From an uncultured Spirochaetota bacterium (GTDB lineage Bacteria; Spirochaetota; B62-G9; DRHN01), in contig CAYSRJ010000002.1 of assembly GCA_964433545.1 (NCBI GenBank), positions 37,020 to 101,019 on the forward strand: a DNA stretch of 64,000 nt, given 5' to 3'. Under the pieces are notes generated by a model. It had not been told where the DNA came from and made no database searches. It saw only the letters and a list, made by a program, of their open reading frames with translations. Shown here in pieces: positions 10,036 to 19,720 of the stretch. Both the position numbers and the translations under genes were made by a program. How positions within the stretch are numbered: position 1 is the first letter of the stretch; every line of letters starts with the position of its first letter.

Positions 10036-11040
10036 TTACTTGTATTTAATCCTCGGATCGATGAACACATAGAGGATATCTGTAATCAGATTTACGATAA
10101 CGAACATAAAAGCAAAAAACAGCACACACCCCTGTACGGCGGGGTAATCTCGCATGCGCACCGCATTTATAACGTATCTCCCTATTCCTGGCCAGGAGAA
10201 AACTGTTTCTGTGAGGATTGCGCCTGCCAGAAGCAAACCGAAGTTCAATCCTATAACCGTAATTACAGGAAGCATTGCGTTTTTCGCCGCGTGTTTATAG
10301 ATGACAAGCCGTTCCGATAGGCCTTTTGCGCGTTCCGTGCGGATGTAATCCTGTCTCAATACCTCCAGCATACTCGACCGGGTCACTCTGGCGATCGTTG
10401 CCATGGGGATGGTGCCGAGGGCGACGGAGGGAAGGATTAAATAGCGGATAGTGCTTATGAGAGCCGGACCATTCCAGGTAATGATGCTGTCAAGAAGGTA
10501 GAAGCCGGTGATATGCCTGAAGGGAATAAGTGAATCGATACGCCCGCTTATGGGAAGCCACCGTAAAAACACGCCAAAAACCATCATGAGCATAATACCA
10601 AGCCAGAAAACTGGCATAGAGACCCCGAAAAGCGCGACTCCCATGGTGGAATAATCGAGAATAGAGTACTGCCTGGAAGCCGAGATGATCCCCGCGAATG
10701 AACCGACAAGAATGGCGATCGCCATTGCACAGAAGGTGAGCTCAACAGTATTGGGAAACCTGTGAAATATTTCCTTTGTAACGTATTCATTTGAAACAAT
10801 AGAGCGTCCCATATCACCATGCAGGACTCTTTTCAGCCAGATCCAGTACTGCGTTGTAAGCGGTTTATCAAGTCCGTATTTTTCTCTTATTGCATTGATT
10901 GTCTGCACGGATGCATGCTCACCCGCCATCGTTATTGCGGGGTCTCCCGGTGCTAGCTGTATTAACGCAAATGAAAGCATTGAAACACCCAGCAATACGG
11001 GTACGAGCATGAGAAGGCGCTTGGTGATATACCATTTCAT
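10036..11040 (-). CDS. oppB: Oligopeptide ABC transporter permease (OppB/DppB-like)
   Basis: 334 aa membrane protein; operon context. Confidence 0.85.
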   Translation of the reverse strand: MKWYITKRLLMLVPVLLGVSMLSFALIQLAPGDPAITMAGEHASVQTINAIREKYGLDKPLTTQYWIWLKRVLHGDMGRSIVSNEYVTKEIFHRFPNTVELTFCAMAIAILVGSFAGIISASRQYSILDYSTMGVALFGVSMPVFWLGIMLMMVFGVFLRWLPISGRIDSLIPFRHITGFYLLDSIITWNGPALISTIRYLILPSVALGTIPMATIARVTRSSMLEVLRQDYIRTERAKGLSERLVIYKHAAKNAMLPVITVIGLNFGLLLAGAILTETVFSWPGIGRYVINAVRMRDYPAVQGCVLFFAFMFVIVNLITDILYVFIDPRIKYK

Positions 11041-11310
11041 TTATTGGTACCTTTTTTCTCCGGCATGACGAAGAATATGTAACCCTGAACCTTACTTTAT
11101 TACAACCTTTTATCGCCCGCACAGGAAAAAAAACATGCTTTCCCAGAAAAATCTTGGGCGAGATGCAGTACTCTTCGGTTTTGTGGGGAAAAACCATATG
11201 ACGCGTGTTGGTTTGCACCTTTTATGATTGAAAGTTCATTTGTCTATTATTTAACCGGCAAAGGAGTGAAATCCCCTTTGCCGGTTAAAAATTATACACA
11301 ATACGCTATC

Positions 11311-13026
11311 TTACTTTATCCACACAGGGTAGAAAAACTTTCTCGATGTGGGATGCAGCGTGTATCCCTCTACATTTGACCTGAACACGATATTCTGATT
11401 GGAATGAGCAATATATACCCAGTTTGCACTTTCATGAATTCTCACCTGTGCTTCCTTGTAGTATTCTGCACGTTTTTTCACATCGTAGGTCTGCAGCGCT
11501 GCGGTAAGAAGCTCCTGTGTTTTTTCGTCGTTATAGAAGCCGTAGTTGCCGGCTTTACCTATCGAACAGGCATTTGCGCCGTACAGGACGTTCATAAAAT
11601 TGTCCGGGTCGCCGTTGTCGCCTGTCCACCCGAGAAGACACATCTGATGCTTTCCGGCCTCGGTTTCCTGCAGGTAGGTACCCCAGTCGACCTGGTAGAA
11701 CTTCACCTTGATGCCGACAGCGGCCAGATAACTCTGGATTGCCTCGCCGATCTTCGGAGGATCGAACATGTAGGGCCGTGATACCGGCATGACGTACAGG
11801 GTAACCTCAAATCCATCAGGATATCCTGCTTCTGCAAGAAGCTTCTTTGCCATCTCCGGATCGTAGGGATAATCTTTGATATCATTGTTGTATCCAAGCA
11901 TAAACGGCGGCATTCCGTTCTTTGCCACTATTGCGGTCCCCATGTAGATATTATCCACAATAGACTTTTTATCAATAGCGTAGTTGATGGCCTGTCTCAC
12001 CTTTTTCTTGGTGAGGGGTTCATAATATCCGGGAGTCTTGACAAGCGGTTCATCCGCGTCACGTATGCCGTTTCCATTGGCATCATTATATCCGTACCCG
12101 GCATTCATGGCCATATATCCAATATTCATTCCAGGCGCTGAGAGTAGTTTCAGATCTTTATTGGATTTAATTCTATCAAAGTCGGCAGGGTTCGGGTATT
12201 CGATACCCTGAACTTCACCGACCTCCAGGGCTAAAAGCCGTGCAGAAGGATCGGGGATAACCTTGAAGATCAACTTGTCCAGTTTGGGCCTTTTGCGCCA
12301 GTAGTTGTCGTTTGCCTCGAGAGTAATGTGGTCATCCTTTACCCACTCGACGAATTTGAAGGGGCCGGTCCCGCAGGGATGCTTGAAGGCATCGCCCTTG
12401 TATTTCTCGGCATTGGTCGGGCTTACAATAGCCGTTGTGAACATCGCAAGGCTTGTCATGATGGAAGCATTGACATTTTTAAGGACCAGTTTCACCGTAT
12501 AGTCGTCGATCTTCTCCATTCTGTCCACATCATAGAACATGTATCCCCAGTATGCCCATTCTCCGTACTGATGAAAGGGATGGTTCGTATCGTACTGTCT
12601 GGCAAAGGAAAATACAACGGCATCGGCATTAAAATCCGTTCCATCGTGGAATTTTACTCCCTTTCTCAAGTGAAAGGTAATTTCTTTGCCGTCTGCGGAT
12701 GTTTCCCAAGATGTGGCCAGGGCAGGTTGTATTTCTGTCGAACCCTTCTTATATTCAACCAGGCCTTCAAAAATGTTGTCCATTCTCTGTATGGACTCTC
12801 CGTCGGTCACATCTCCAGGGTCCAATCGAGACGCATCTCCGCTGCTGCCAAACACCATAATCTGAGCAGGAGCCTCCTTTTTCTCGGGAGCCGGAGCTTT
12901 CTCTTTCTCCTCTGCAGGTGCTGCTGCTGGAGCAGCCTCCTTCTTCTTGCCGCCGGCAAAGACGGCCTGCACTGAAAAAAGCATAGCCAGTGCAATAAAA
13001 ATGACGATGAATGTTTTGAACTTCAT
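11311..13026 (-). CDS. oppA: ABC transporter substrate-binding protein, family 5 (OppA/DppA-like), with signal peptide and a Pro/Ala/Lys-rich linker
   Basis: 571 aa; N-terminal signal; SBP_bac_5 features; followed by a 12-bp-stem hairpin (about 11255-11293) before oppB. Confidence 0.8.
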   Translation of the reverse strand: MKFKTFIVIFIALAMLFSVQAVFAGGKKKEAAPAAAPAEEKEKAPAPEKKEAPAQIMVFGSSGDASRLDPGDVTDGESIQRMDNIFEGLVEYKKGSTEIQPALATSWETSADGKEITFHLRKGVKFHDGTDFNADAVVFSFARQYDTNHPFHQYGEWAYWGYMFYDVDRMEKIDDYTVKLVLKNVNASIMTSLAMFTTAIVSPTNAEKYKGDAFKHPCGTGPFKFVEWVKDDHITLEANDNYWRKRPKLDKLIFKVIPDPSARLLALEVGEVQGIEYPNPADFDRIKSNKDLKLLSAPGMNIGYMAMNAGYGYNDANGNGIRDADEPLVKTPGYYEPLTKKKVRQAINYAIDKKSIVDNIYMGTAIVAKNGMPPFMLGYNNDIKDYPYDPEMAKKLLAEAGYPDGFEVTLYVMPVSRPYMFDPPKIGEAIQSYLAAVGIKVKFYQVDWGTYLQETEAGKHQMCLLGWTGDNGDPDNFMNVLYGANACSIGKAGNYGFYNDEKTQELLTAALQTYDVKKRAEYYKEAQVRIHESANWVYIAHSNQNIVFRSNVEGYTLHPTSRKFFYPVWIK

Positions 13027-13206
13027 GGTGAACCTCCTTGAAAAGAATGATTACTAATAATTGTACGCAGTTATAAAATAAATACAAGAAAATTAATTTA
13101 AGAAACGGGGCTATTTTTATATAGTTTTGCGGGGTGTGTATTTACAGAAAGCGAGTGTCAAACGCACGTACAGGTTTTCTGAACTGAAGTATTAATACCG
13201 AGTATA

Positions 13207-13250
13207 TAAAAAAGAGCCGGGTTGATGTTTCACAAAACATCCCCGGCCCC
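13207..13250 (-). terminator. Rho-independent terminator ending the hox operon
   Basis: Hairpin GCCGGG..TGATGTTT-CACAA-AACATC..CCCGGC followed on the minus strand by TCTTTTTT. Confidence 0.6.
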
Positions 13251-13328
13251 TGATATACAGGAAACTCAATCGATTGTCTGATTTTTCAAAGCGCTGTTTT
13301 CCAAAACCCCGTGTTCCGTAGTAATGGG

Positions 13329-14180
13329 TTATTTAATGTTGAGCTTAGTCTTCAGCGTGCTTATGAGGATCTCGTGGTTGATCGGCTTCTGAAAAATACC
13401 GTCAAGACCGAGCTCCTTCGCATCGATGTTGTAGCGAACCGTATCTCCTGCAGCGCTGAGCAGGTAGATTGGGCCCTTGAACCCCGATTCTTTCAGCTTC
13501 GCCGATACCTTGCTGCCGGCATCGACCGTTTCCATCATCAGGTCGACAATGACGGCATCAGGATTCACTTTCTGGGCGACTTTCAAGCCCTCTTCACCGT
13601 CACCCGCCTCTCCGATTGAAAATCCGGCTGCCTCTAACACTATGCGCATGGAAGCCCTGATATCGGCATCGTCATCAATGATTAATACTGTTTTTTCCTC
13701 ATTTTGCGTGGTTGCCATAGTTCTTTCCTCATATGTACGTAATAGTTGAGTTATAAAATGAAACGTCTCTCGGTAGTTCTCCCGTGCCCTTTCGGTGAAA
13801 CCCTCCGCAAACTCGAACTCGTATCCCCTGATGCCGATGATCCATACATCGGGTACCCTGCCGAATGCATCCTCACACAGGGCCACGACAGATTCAGGGT
13901 TGACCAGGTGACTCGTGAAGGTGATGGTGGAAGACGGCAACACCTTCCGAATTGAAAAGCAGTCGACATCCTGAACCGTCGTATCGATGAGGATGATAAA
14001 ATCATGCTCCGCCATTTCTGCGGCATCCTCGATACTCAGCTGGTAGTTCGCATCCGTTTCGACAAAGCTGTAACCGAGACATTCTATCTCCTCGATCATG
14101 GCCGGGCCAAGGCCGTCGTCCTGGCGACCCGGGTTCCCGTATCCGAATATGAGCACAGGTTTGCCGTCCAGCCCCTTCAA
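13329..14180 (-). CDS. hoxW: [NiFe]-hydrogenase maturation endopeptidase (HoxW/HybD/HycI family) fused to a C-terminal response-regulator receiver (REC) domain
   Basis: N-terminal VLIFGYGNPGRQDDGLGPAM protease motif (about 150 aa); C-terminal about 120 aa with VLIIDDD...DAVIVDLMM...FQKP receiver hallmarks; last gene of the hox operon. Confidence 0.75.
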   Translation of the reverse strand: MKGLDGKPVLIFGYGNPGRQDDGLGPAMIEEIECLGYSFVETDANYQLSIEDAAEMAEHDFIILIDTTVQDVDCFSIRKVLPSSTITFTSHLVNPESVVALCEDAFGRVPDVWIIGIRGYEFEFAEGFTERARENYRETFHFITQLLRTYEERTMATTQNEEKTVLIIDDDADIRASMRIVLEAAGFSIGEAGDGEEGLKVAQKVNPDAVIVDLMMETVDAGSKVSAKLKESGFKGPIYLLSAAGDTVRYNIDAKELGLDGIFQKPINHEILISTLKTKLNIK

Positions 14181-15619
14181 TCACGAACCTTTTCATCGAG
14201 CACTGCGCCGTTTTTGTCTTCCAGGGTCACGATAAGGGGCATCTGACCTATTGCATGGGTGGCACAGCTCAGGCAGGGGTCATAGGCCCGTATTGCAACT
14301 TCAACCAGGTTCAGAATAGGTTCTGTAACCTCCTTGCCGACAATATAATCCTCTGCAACAACGCGCACAGCCTCATTCATCGGCTGATTGTTGCTCGTTG
14401 TTGAAACGATGAGGTTTGCCATGGTAACCTGGTCTTTGTCGTCGACCTGATAGTGATGAAACAGGGTACCCCTCGGCGCCTCGATAATGGCAATTCCCTC
14501 GTTTCTTTTCTCGCCCGATACAACGAGGTCCTCCCCCTGTAGATCGGGATCATTCAGAAGTTCTTTAATCCTCTCAGCAGCATACAGGGTTTCGATCAGC
14601 CGCGCCCAGTGATAGGCCATGGTCGAATGAACGGGCCTGCCGCCCCCGAGCTCCATAAACTCCTGGCGCTCCTTCTCTGCCTTCGGCGTTGTGATAAAAT
14701 CACAGTTGTTCAGCCGTGCGAGCGGGCCGACGCGATACCAGCCCTTCTCCTGGCCGAGTGAGTAGATGAACGGGAATTTCATGTAGCTCCAGTTTCTCAC
14801 CCCTTCCCGAATATACTTCAGGTAGTCTTTCGGCTCGACCATATCGAAAATCAGTTTGCCGTCCGGGTCTTTCGCCCTGAGTTTTCCGTCATACATATCG
14901 AGCGCCCCATCCTCACGCACAATGCTGACAAAATTCGATTCAAAGGATCCGAGTTTGCCCAGGCGGGCGATATCGTCGCGGTAGAGTTTTTTGTACAGAT
15001 CAAGACCCCCCTGTGCCCAGTCGATCATCTGGTCGACATCCTTGAGCAGGGCATCCCGTTCTTCGATCGACAGGTTCTTATTGACGCCGCCGGGAATCGA
15101 ACCGTTTCCGTGTATCTTTTTGCCTGCGGTTGCCTTGATAACCTCCTGACCGTACTTTCGCATCATTACCGCCTGCACTGCAAGATCCGTGTTTTTCTTT
15201 GCGAGCCCGATGACGTTCCTGATTGCGGGGTCCGCATCGTATCCCAGTAAAAGATCGGGTGCACTGAGGTGGAAGAAGTGCAGTGAATGGGACTGGTATA
15301 CCTGCCCCATGTGCAGGAGCCTCCTCATCTTCTCGGCGGTCGACGTGAGCTTGTCTGCGCCGATAATGACATCCATTGCCTTGGATGCGCAGAGCAGGTG
15401 GCTGACAGGACATATCCCGCACAGGCGCTGCACTATAACCGGTGCTTCCCAGTACAGGCGGCCGCGCACAAAGCGTTCGAAACCACGAAACTCCACAATA
15501 TGCATCCTTGCCTTGTCGATCTTCCCGTTTTCATCGAGTCTGATCGTTACCTTGGCATGTCCTTCAATCCGTGTCACCGGGTTGATGACAATTTTTCTTG
15601 CTTTTGTCTCAGAAGCCAT
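14177..15619 (-). CDS. hoxH: [NiFe]-hydrogenase large subunit (group 3 bidirectional/HoxH-like)
   Basis: 480 aa; N-terminal RIEGHAKV and RLCGICPVSH (CxxC); C-terminal DPCLSCATHA metal-binding motif followed by a cleavable extension. Confidence 0.9.
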   Translation of the reverse strand: MASETKARKIVINPVTRIEGHAKVTIRLDENGKIDKARMHIVEFRGFERFVRGRLYWEAPVIVQRLCGICPVSHLLCASKAMDVIIGADKLTSTAEKMRRLLHMGQVYQSHSLHFFHLSAPDLLLGYDADPAIRNVIGLAKKNTDLAVQAVMMRKYGQEVIKATAGKKIHGNGSIPGGVNKNLSIEERDALLKDVDQMIDWAQGGLDLYKKLYRDDIARLGKLGSFESNFVSIVREDGALDMYDGKLRAKDPDGKLIFDMVEPKDYLKYIREGVRNWSYMKFPFIYSLGQEKGWYRVGPLARLNNCDFITTPKAEKERQEFMELGGGRPVHSTMAYHWARLIETLYAAERIKELLNDPDLQGEDLVVSGEKRNEGIAIIEAPRGTLFHHYQVDDKDQVTMANLIVSTTSNNQPMNEAVRVVAEDYIVGKEVTEPILNLVEVAIRAYDPCLSCATHAIGQMPLIVTLEDKNGAVLDEKVRD

Positions 15620-15639
15620 ATTAAAACGCCTCCATGAAA

Positions 15640-16179
15640 TTAGTCGTATTTGATTAACTCGTACGGCAGCTTGGGTTCTTCGCCTTTAAGCAGAGCCGTT
15701 AACGCAGCCCAGAAAGTTTCCGCTCTGGGAGGACAGCCGGGCAGCCAGTAATCGATCTTCACCACCTCGTGGATAGGGTAGACCTTGTCCAGGATAAGCG
15801 GAATATCGGGGTCGTTCGGGATGACGCCGTCGACGACGGACGGGCCTTTGAGATACGCTTCCTCCATGCATTCTCTGAGGGGAATCGTGTTTCTCAGGTG
15901 GGGAACCCCCCCGGTATTGGCGCATTCTCCGACTGAAATGAGAATTTTGCAGTGCTTGCGAAAAGAACGAAGCACCTCGACATTCTCCTGCGTCGAGCAT
16001 CCTCCCTCTATCAGGCCGATATCTACAGGGCCTGTAAACTTCTTTATATCGTCTATGGGTGATTTGTCGAAATCCACAAGCTCGATCAGGTCGAGTATCT
16101 TCTCATCGATGTCGAGCAGAGACATGTGACAGCCAAAGCACCCCGTCATATGAGTTGTCGCTACTTTTGGTTTGGCCAT
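15640..16179 (-). CDS. hoxY: [NiFe]-hydrogenase small subunit (HoxY-like, NuoB/20 kDa-type)
   Basis: 179 aa; Cys ligands typical of the proximal FeS cluster in group-3 small subunits; adjacent to the large subunit. Confidence 0.85.
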   Translation of the reverse strand: MAKPKVATTHMTGCFGCHMSLLDIDEKILDLIELVDFDKSPIDDIKKFTGPVDIGLIEGGCSTQENVEVLRSFRKHCKILISVGECANTGGVPHLRNTIPLRECMEEAYLKGPSVVDGVIPNDPDIPLILDKVYPIHEVVKIDYWLPGCPPRAETFWAALTALLKGEEPKLPYELIKYD

Positions 16180-16205
16180 TTTTCCTTCCTCAAAATAAAG
16201 TTTTT

Positions 16206-16919
16206 TTACGGAGCCTTTTGAATATCCGAACCAATGGGTTGCTTGTCGTACAGGCGGGTGCCGAATGGCTTTGCATAGCCGATACGTTTGATGACAATAC
16301 AGCCGGTCGGGCAGATTGAAGCCGCCTTGTCGGCTGCTGCAAGCTCTGTATCGGATAATCGGTCGCCTTGTGAATTAACCGCGATTCGCTTGTTTATGCC
16401 GCGCCCGACAAACCCGAACACGCTTTTCCCATCGAGGTCACGCGATGCCCGCACACACCTTCCGCAGAGAACACACCGCTCACGGTCTATATACACATCC
16501 GGATGTGTCGCATCGACCTCGACATGTTTGTACTGGTAGGTGTATGTCGGGGTGAGCATGCCGAAACGGTATGCAAGCGCCTGCAGTTCGCAGTCGCCGC
16601 TTTTTTCACAGAACGGACAGAAGTGATTCCCCTCGACAAAAAGCATCTCAATTATATTCCGGCGCTCTTCTGTTAATTCCGGAGTTTCATTTTCGATGAC
16701 CATACCGTCTGCGGCAGGCATTGAACAGGCGTTAGTCGGTTTTCCGTTGACTTTTACCGTGCAGACACGGCAATGTCCGGCCGGAATCAGGTCCTTGTGA
16801 TAGCAGAGGCGTGGGATATAGATTCCCGCTTCATCGGCTGCCTGCATGATCGACTGGCCGGAAGCCGCCTTGATTTCTTTACCGTCAATGATTATTGTTA
16901 TTTTTTGCTCTTTCATCAT
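16206..16919 (-). CDS. hoxU: Hydrogenase diaphorase FeS subunit (HoxU-like; NuoG N-terminal/2Fe-2S + 4Fe-4S ferredoxin)
   Basis: 237 aa; N-terminal 2Fe-2S ferredoxin fold (ITIIIDGKEIKA...CYH...C..C) and multiple CxxCxxC motifs. Confidence 0.8.
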   Translation of the reverse strand: MMKEQKITIIIDGKEIKAASGQSIMQAADEAGIYIPRLCYHKDLIPAGHCRVCTVKVNGKPTNACSMPAADGMVIENETPELTEERRNIIEMLFVEGNHFCPFCEKSGDCELQALAYRFGMLTPTYTYQYKHVEVDATHPDVYIDRERCVLCGRCVRASRDLDGKSVFGFVGRGINKRIAVNSQGDRLSDTELAAADKAASICPTGCIVIKRIGYAKPFGTRLYDKQPIGSDIQKAP

Positions 16920-18739
16920 TCCTCCTCTTCCACCACAGGTTCTCTTCCAGCGATCTGGATTCCCACAGCAAGCGCTTTTTCATAGTCAAACGGCGGAATA
17001 AACTCGTCAGTTTTTGCCTTTGCCGTATACAGCGAGTGAAAATTTCTGAGCGTCGTCAGAATCGGATTTGCCGCAGTTTGGCCGAGGCCGCAGCGGCTCA
17101 TCTTCTCCACCGTGTTTCCGAGGCTCTCGATCTCCTGCAGGTCCAGTTTCGATCCTCTTCCTTCAAGAATTTTCTCGAGCTTCTGCAAAAGGAGTGTCGT
17201 TCCGACCCTGCATGGTGCACACCACCCGCACGATTCTTCAACAAAGAATTCGGTGAACTGCCTGACAATTTCAAGAAGGTCCCGTTCTTTGCTGAAAACG
17301 ATTATTGAGCCGCCGGTTGGAAGGTCTTCAAAACTGATACTTCTTCCAAAATCCTTCGGTGCAACGCATCGTCCGGATGGTCCGCCGACCTGAACCGCCT
17401 GTGTGTCTTTTGCTCCCACAAGATCGAGCAGATCGTCGATTGTAATTCCATATTCGACCTCATACACCCCTGGGTGCGCACAATCGCCTGACACGCTCAG
17501 GCATTTTGTACCTGTTGAATCTTTCGTGCCGATTTTCGAAAACCATTCGGCGCCCTTCTCCATGATACGGGCGGCGCAGCAGAATGTTTCGACATTGTTG
17601 ACGGAACTCGGCTGGTTCATATAGCCACGGGTAACGGGAAACGGCGGTCTGTCGCGCGGCGCGCCCCGTTTTCCTTCGAGCGATTCAATGAGTGCGGATT
17701 CTTCGCCGCACACATAGGCCCCTGCACCGACCTGAATTCGAATATCGAAGTCGAATCCCTGCCTGCCTGCGATATTTTTGCCGAGAAGGCCAAGATGTCT
17801 CCTACGATTAAGAACCTGCTCGAGTGAGCTGAGAAGGTATTTAAATTCTCCTCTCAGGTACATGAATCCCTGCGATGCGCCTATTGCATATCCTGCAATC
17901 GTCATTCCTTCAAAAGCGAGATCTGCAGCTTCGGTGAGGATGACCCTGTCTTTAAAGGTGCCGGGTTCTCCTTCATCCGCATTGCAGATCACATAGTGCT
18001 CTTTTCCCTCCGATTTTCTGCAGAAGTTCCACTTCATGCCCGTCGGAAAACCGGCACCGCCGCGGCCGCGAAGGCGTGATTCGGTAATTGTATTTATCAC
18101 ATCCTCCGGTGACATGTTGAGTGCGGCCCTGATTCCGCTCCCCGGTTCCTGAGGGGAGAAAACAACGGGACCTGTTTTATTGAGATTGTTCTCCACCAGG
18201 GTGGCAGGAAGAACCGTCGCTGCTTTTTCAGGGCTGTACTTCGAACCGCCTTTGAGCTCTTTTACTATGCCCGGCACATCTTCCGGACATATTTTTGTAA
18301 CGGGGATGCCGTTGATGAGAGCAGACGGAGGCTGATCACTCATCCCGATACATGAAGTGTACTCAAGTGAAATCGAACCGTCCGTGCTCGTGCTGCCGAA
18401 GGGAACACCCACTTCTTTTTCGAAGGTATCCGCGACAAGGTCGGCCCCATGCAATCTCTCGACAACAGCATTGCAGAGACGGACCACGCTCTTTCCTGTC
18501 GGTTCACGAGAAAAGAAGGTATAAAAACTCACCATGTCACGAACTTCGACGAGGGGGATACCCAGTGCCCTTGCAATGTGCCCCATGCTCTCCTCGGAAA
18601 TATATCCGAATCGATTTTGTACCTTTTGTGCAATATCCATCAAGTTGCTGCGGTCGCTGCAGCACTCCTCGACAATTTCCTTGATGGCTTTACTTTGATC
18701 ATTTGCCATTACTGTACCTCCGATTGAATAATCAGTCAC
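16916..18739 (-). CDS. hoxF: NAD(P)H-binding diaphorase subunit (HoxF-like; fused NuoE-like thioredoxin-fold 2Fe-2S domain + NuoF FMN/NADH/4Fe-4S domain)
   Basis: 607 aa; NuoF-type GxGxxG/FMN motifs and C-terminal CxxCxxC...C cluster; N-terminal NuoE-like region. Confidence 0.85.
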   Translation of the reverse strand: MTDYSIGGTVMANDQSKAIKEIVEECCSDRSNLMDIAQKVQNRFGYISEESMGHIARALGIPLVEVRDMVSFYTFFSREPTGKSVVRLCNAVVERLHGADLVADTFEKEVGVPFGSTSTDGSISLEYTSCIGMSDQPPSALINGIPVTKICPEDVPGIVKELKGGSKYSPEKAATVLPATLVENNLNKTGPVVFSPQEPGSGIRAALNMSPEDVINTITESRLRGRGGAGFPTGMKWNFCRKSEGKEHYVICNADEGEPGTFKDRVILTEAADLAFEGMTIAGYAIGASQGFMYLRGEFKYLLSSLEQVLNRRRHLGLLGKNIAGRQGFDFDIRIQVGAGAYVCGEESALIESLEGKRGAPRDRPPFPVTRGYMNQPSSVNNVETFCCAARIMEKGAEWFSKIGTKDSTGTKCLSVSGDCAHPGVYEVEYGITIDDLLDLVGAKDTQAVQVGGPSGRCVAPKDFGRSISFEDLPTGGSIIVFSKERDLLEIVRQFTEFFVEESCGWCAPCRVGTTLLLQKLEKILEGRGSKLDLQEIESLGNTVEKMSRCGLGQTAANPILTTLRNFHSLYTAKAKTDEFIPPFDYEKALAVGIQIAGREPVVEEEE

Positions 18740-19364
18740 AAGTGTTGATGAATTTTACAATAATTTTTTAGTGTGATGGTAACGCTGATGCTGCATGTAT
18801 AGTGTGTTTTCGATTATAATCTCACGTTTTTTTATCGTTGCGCCCCCTTTTTTAAAATTGGTATGGATACATTCCTCTAAATTGCCTCGATGTGTGCCAA
18901 ATCAGTTAGACATACAAGATTAAACAGCGATGCATTGAAGCTATCCTTTGAGGATTGTACCGGCTTCTAAGTAACTTAGAACAAGTTGCTTTTTGATACT
19001 CGGCCGCGAAGTGGCTTTCCCCTAGGGGGACTTGCGCCACTTTGTTTTACTTGACCCGGTGCACTGCCGCTGTTAAATTCATTGCCGCAGCAGGAAACAG
19101 CGGGTAATACACAAAAGTTTCGTCGTATTACGGGACTATGTTAAAAAATTAACTATTATTTTAGTGAGACAAATCCTTATATATCTATTCTGCTTTTATG
19201 AAATTGTCAAGGATATTTTCTTTCAGAAGTGAATAAATATCGGGTGAGGTAATAATTATTGCAAGCCCGGGGAAATATTTAAATATTTGAAGAACGCCCT
19301 CAGCATGATAAACATTGTTCAGGTGAATACATAACCTTCATAGAGGCGACCACGGGCACAGATC

Positions 19365-19607
19365 ATGCACGAGCTTTCAATCACGGAAGAGCTGCTTATG
19401 ATAATACACCGGCGTGCTGGAGAGGAGGGCATACAGAAGATTTCGAAAATCAACCTGAAAATCGGAAAGTACTCCGGTGTGTTCACCGATGCGCTTCTCT
19501 TTGCATTCGACGTGCTCTCGAAGGACACAATTTCCGAGGGGGCTCACATCAGTATAGAAGAGACAGGAGGGTCTGAACTCCAGGTTCTTTCGTTTGAGGG
19601 AGACTGA
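19365..19607 (+). CDS. hypA: HypA-like hydrogenase nickel insertion protein, truncated (N-terminal Ni-binding domain only; no Zn-finger)
   Basis: Starts MHELSITEEL (canonical MHE Ni-binding N-terminus); aligns to HypA residues 1-75, then stops; the CxxC...CxxC zinc motifs are absent in all frames downstream. Confidence 0.6.
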   Translation: MHELSITEELLMIIHRRAGEEGIQKISKINLKIGKYSGVFTDALLFAFDVLSKDTISEGAHISIEETGGSELQVLSFEGD

Positions 19608-19720
19608 CGGGTAAAATCCTCGGTTTACAGGAGATTTCAATAGTTATTCGGACGCTTCGCGTCTGAATAATGCCGCTTAACGGCGGAATCATATCAACTA
19701 CATCTTGAAAGGATGAATCC

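Noticed and set aside
14177-18739. Numerous 60-180 aa ORFs embedded in or antisense to the hox genes (for example 15078-15422, 15189-15653, 17068-17393)
   Set aside because: They lie fully within well-supported hydrogenase CDSs in other frames. Their translations are Arg/Pro/Ser-rich and non-protein-like.
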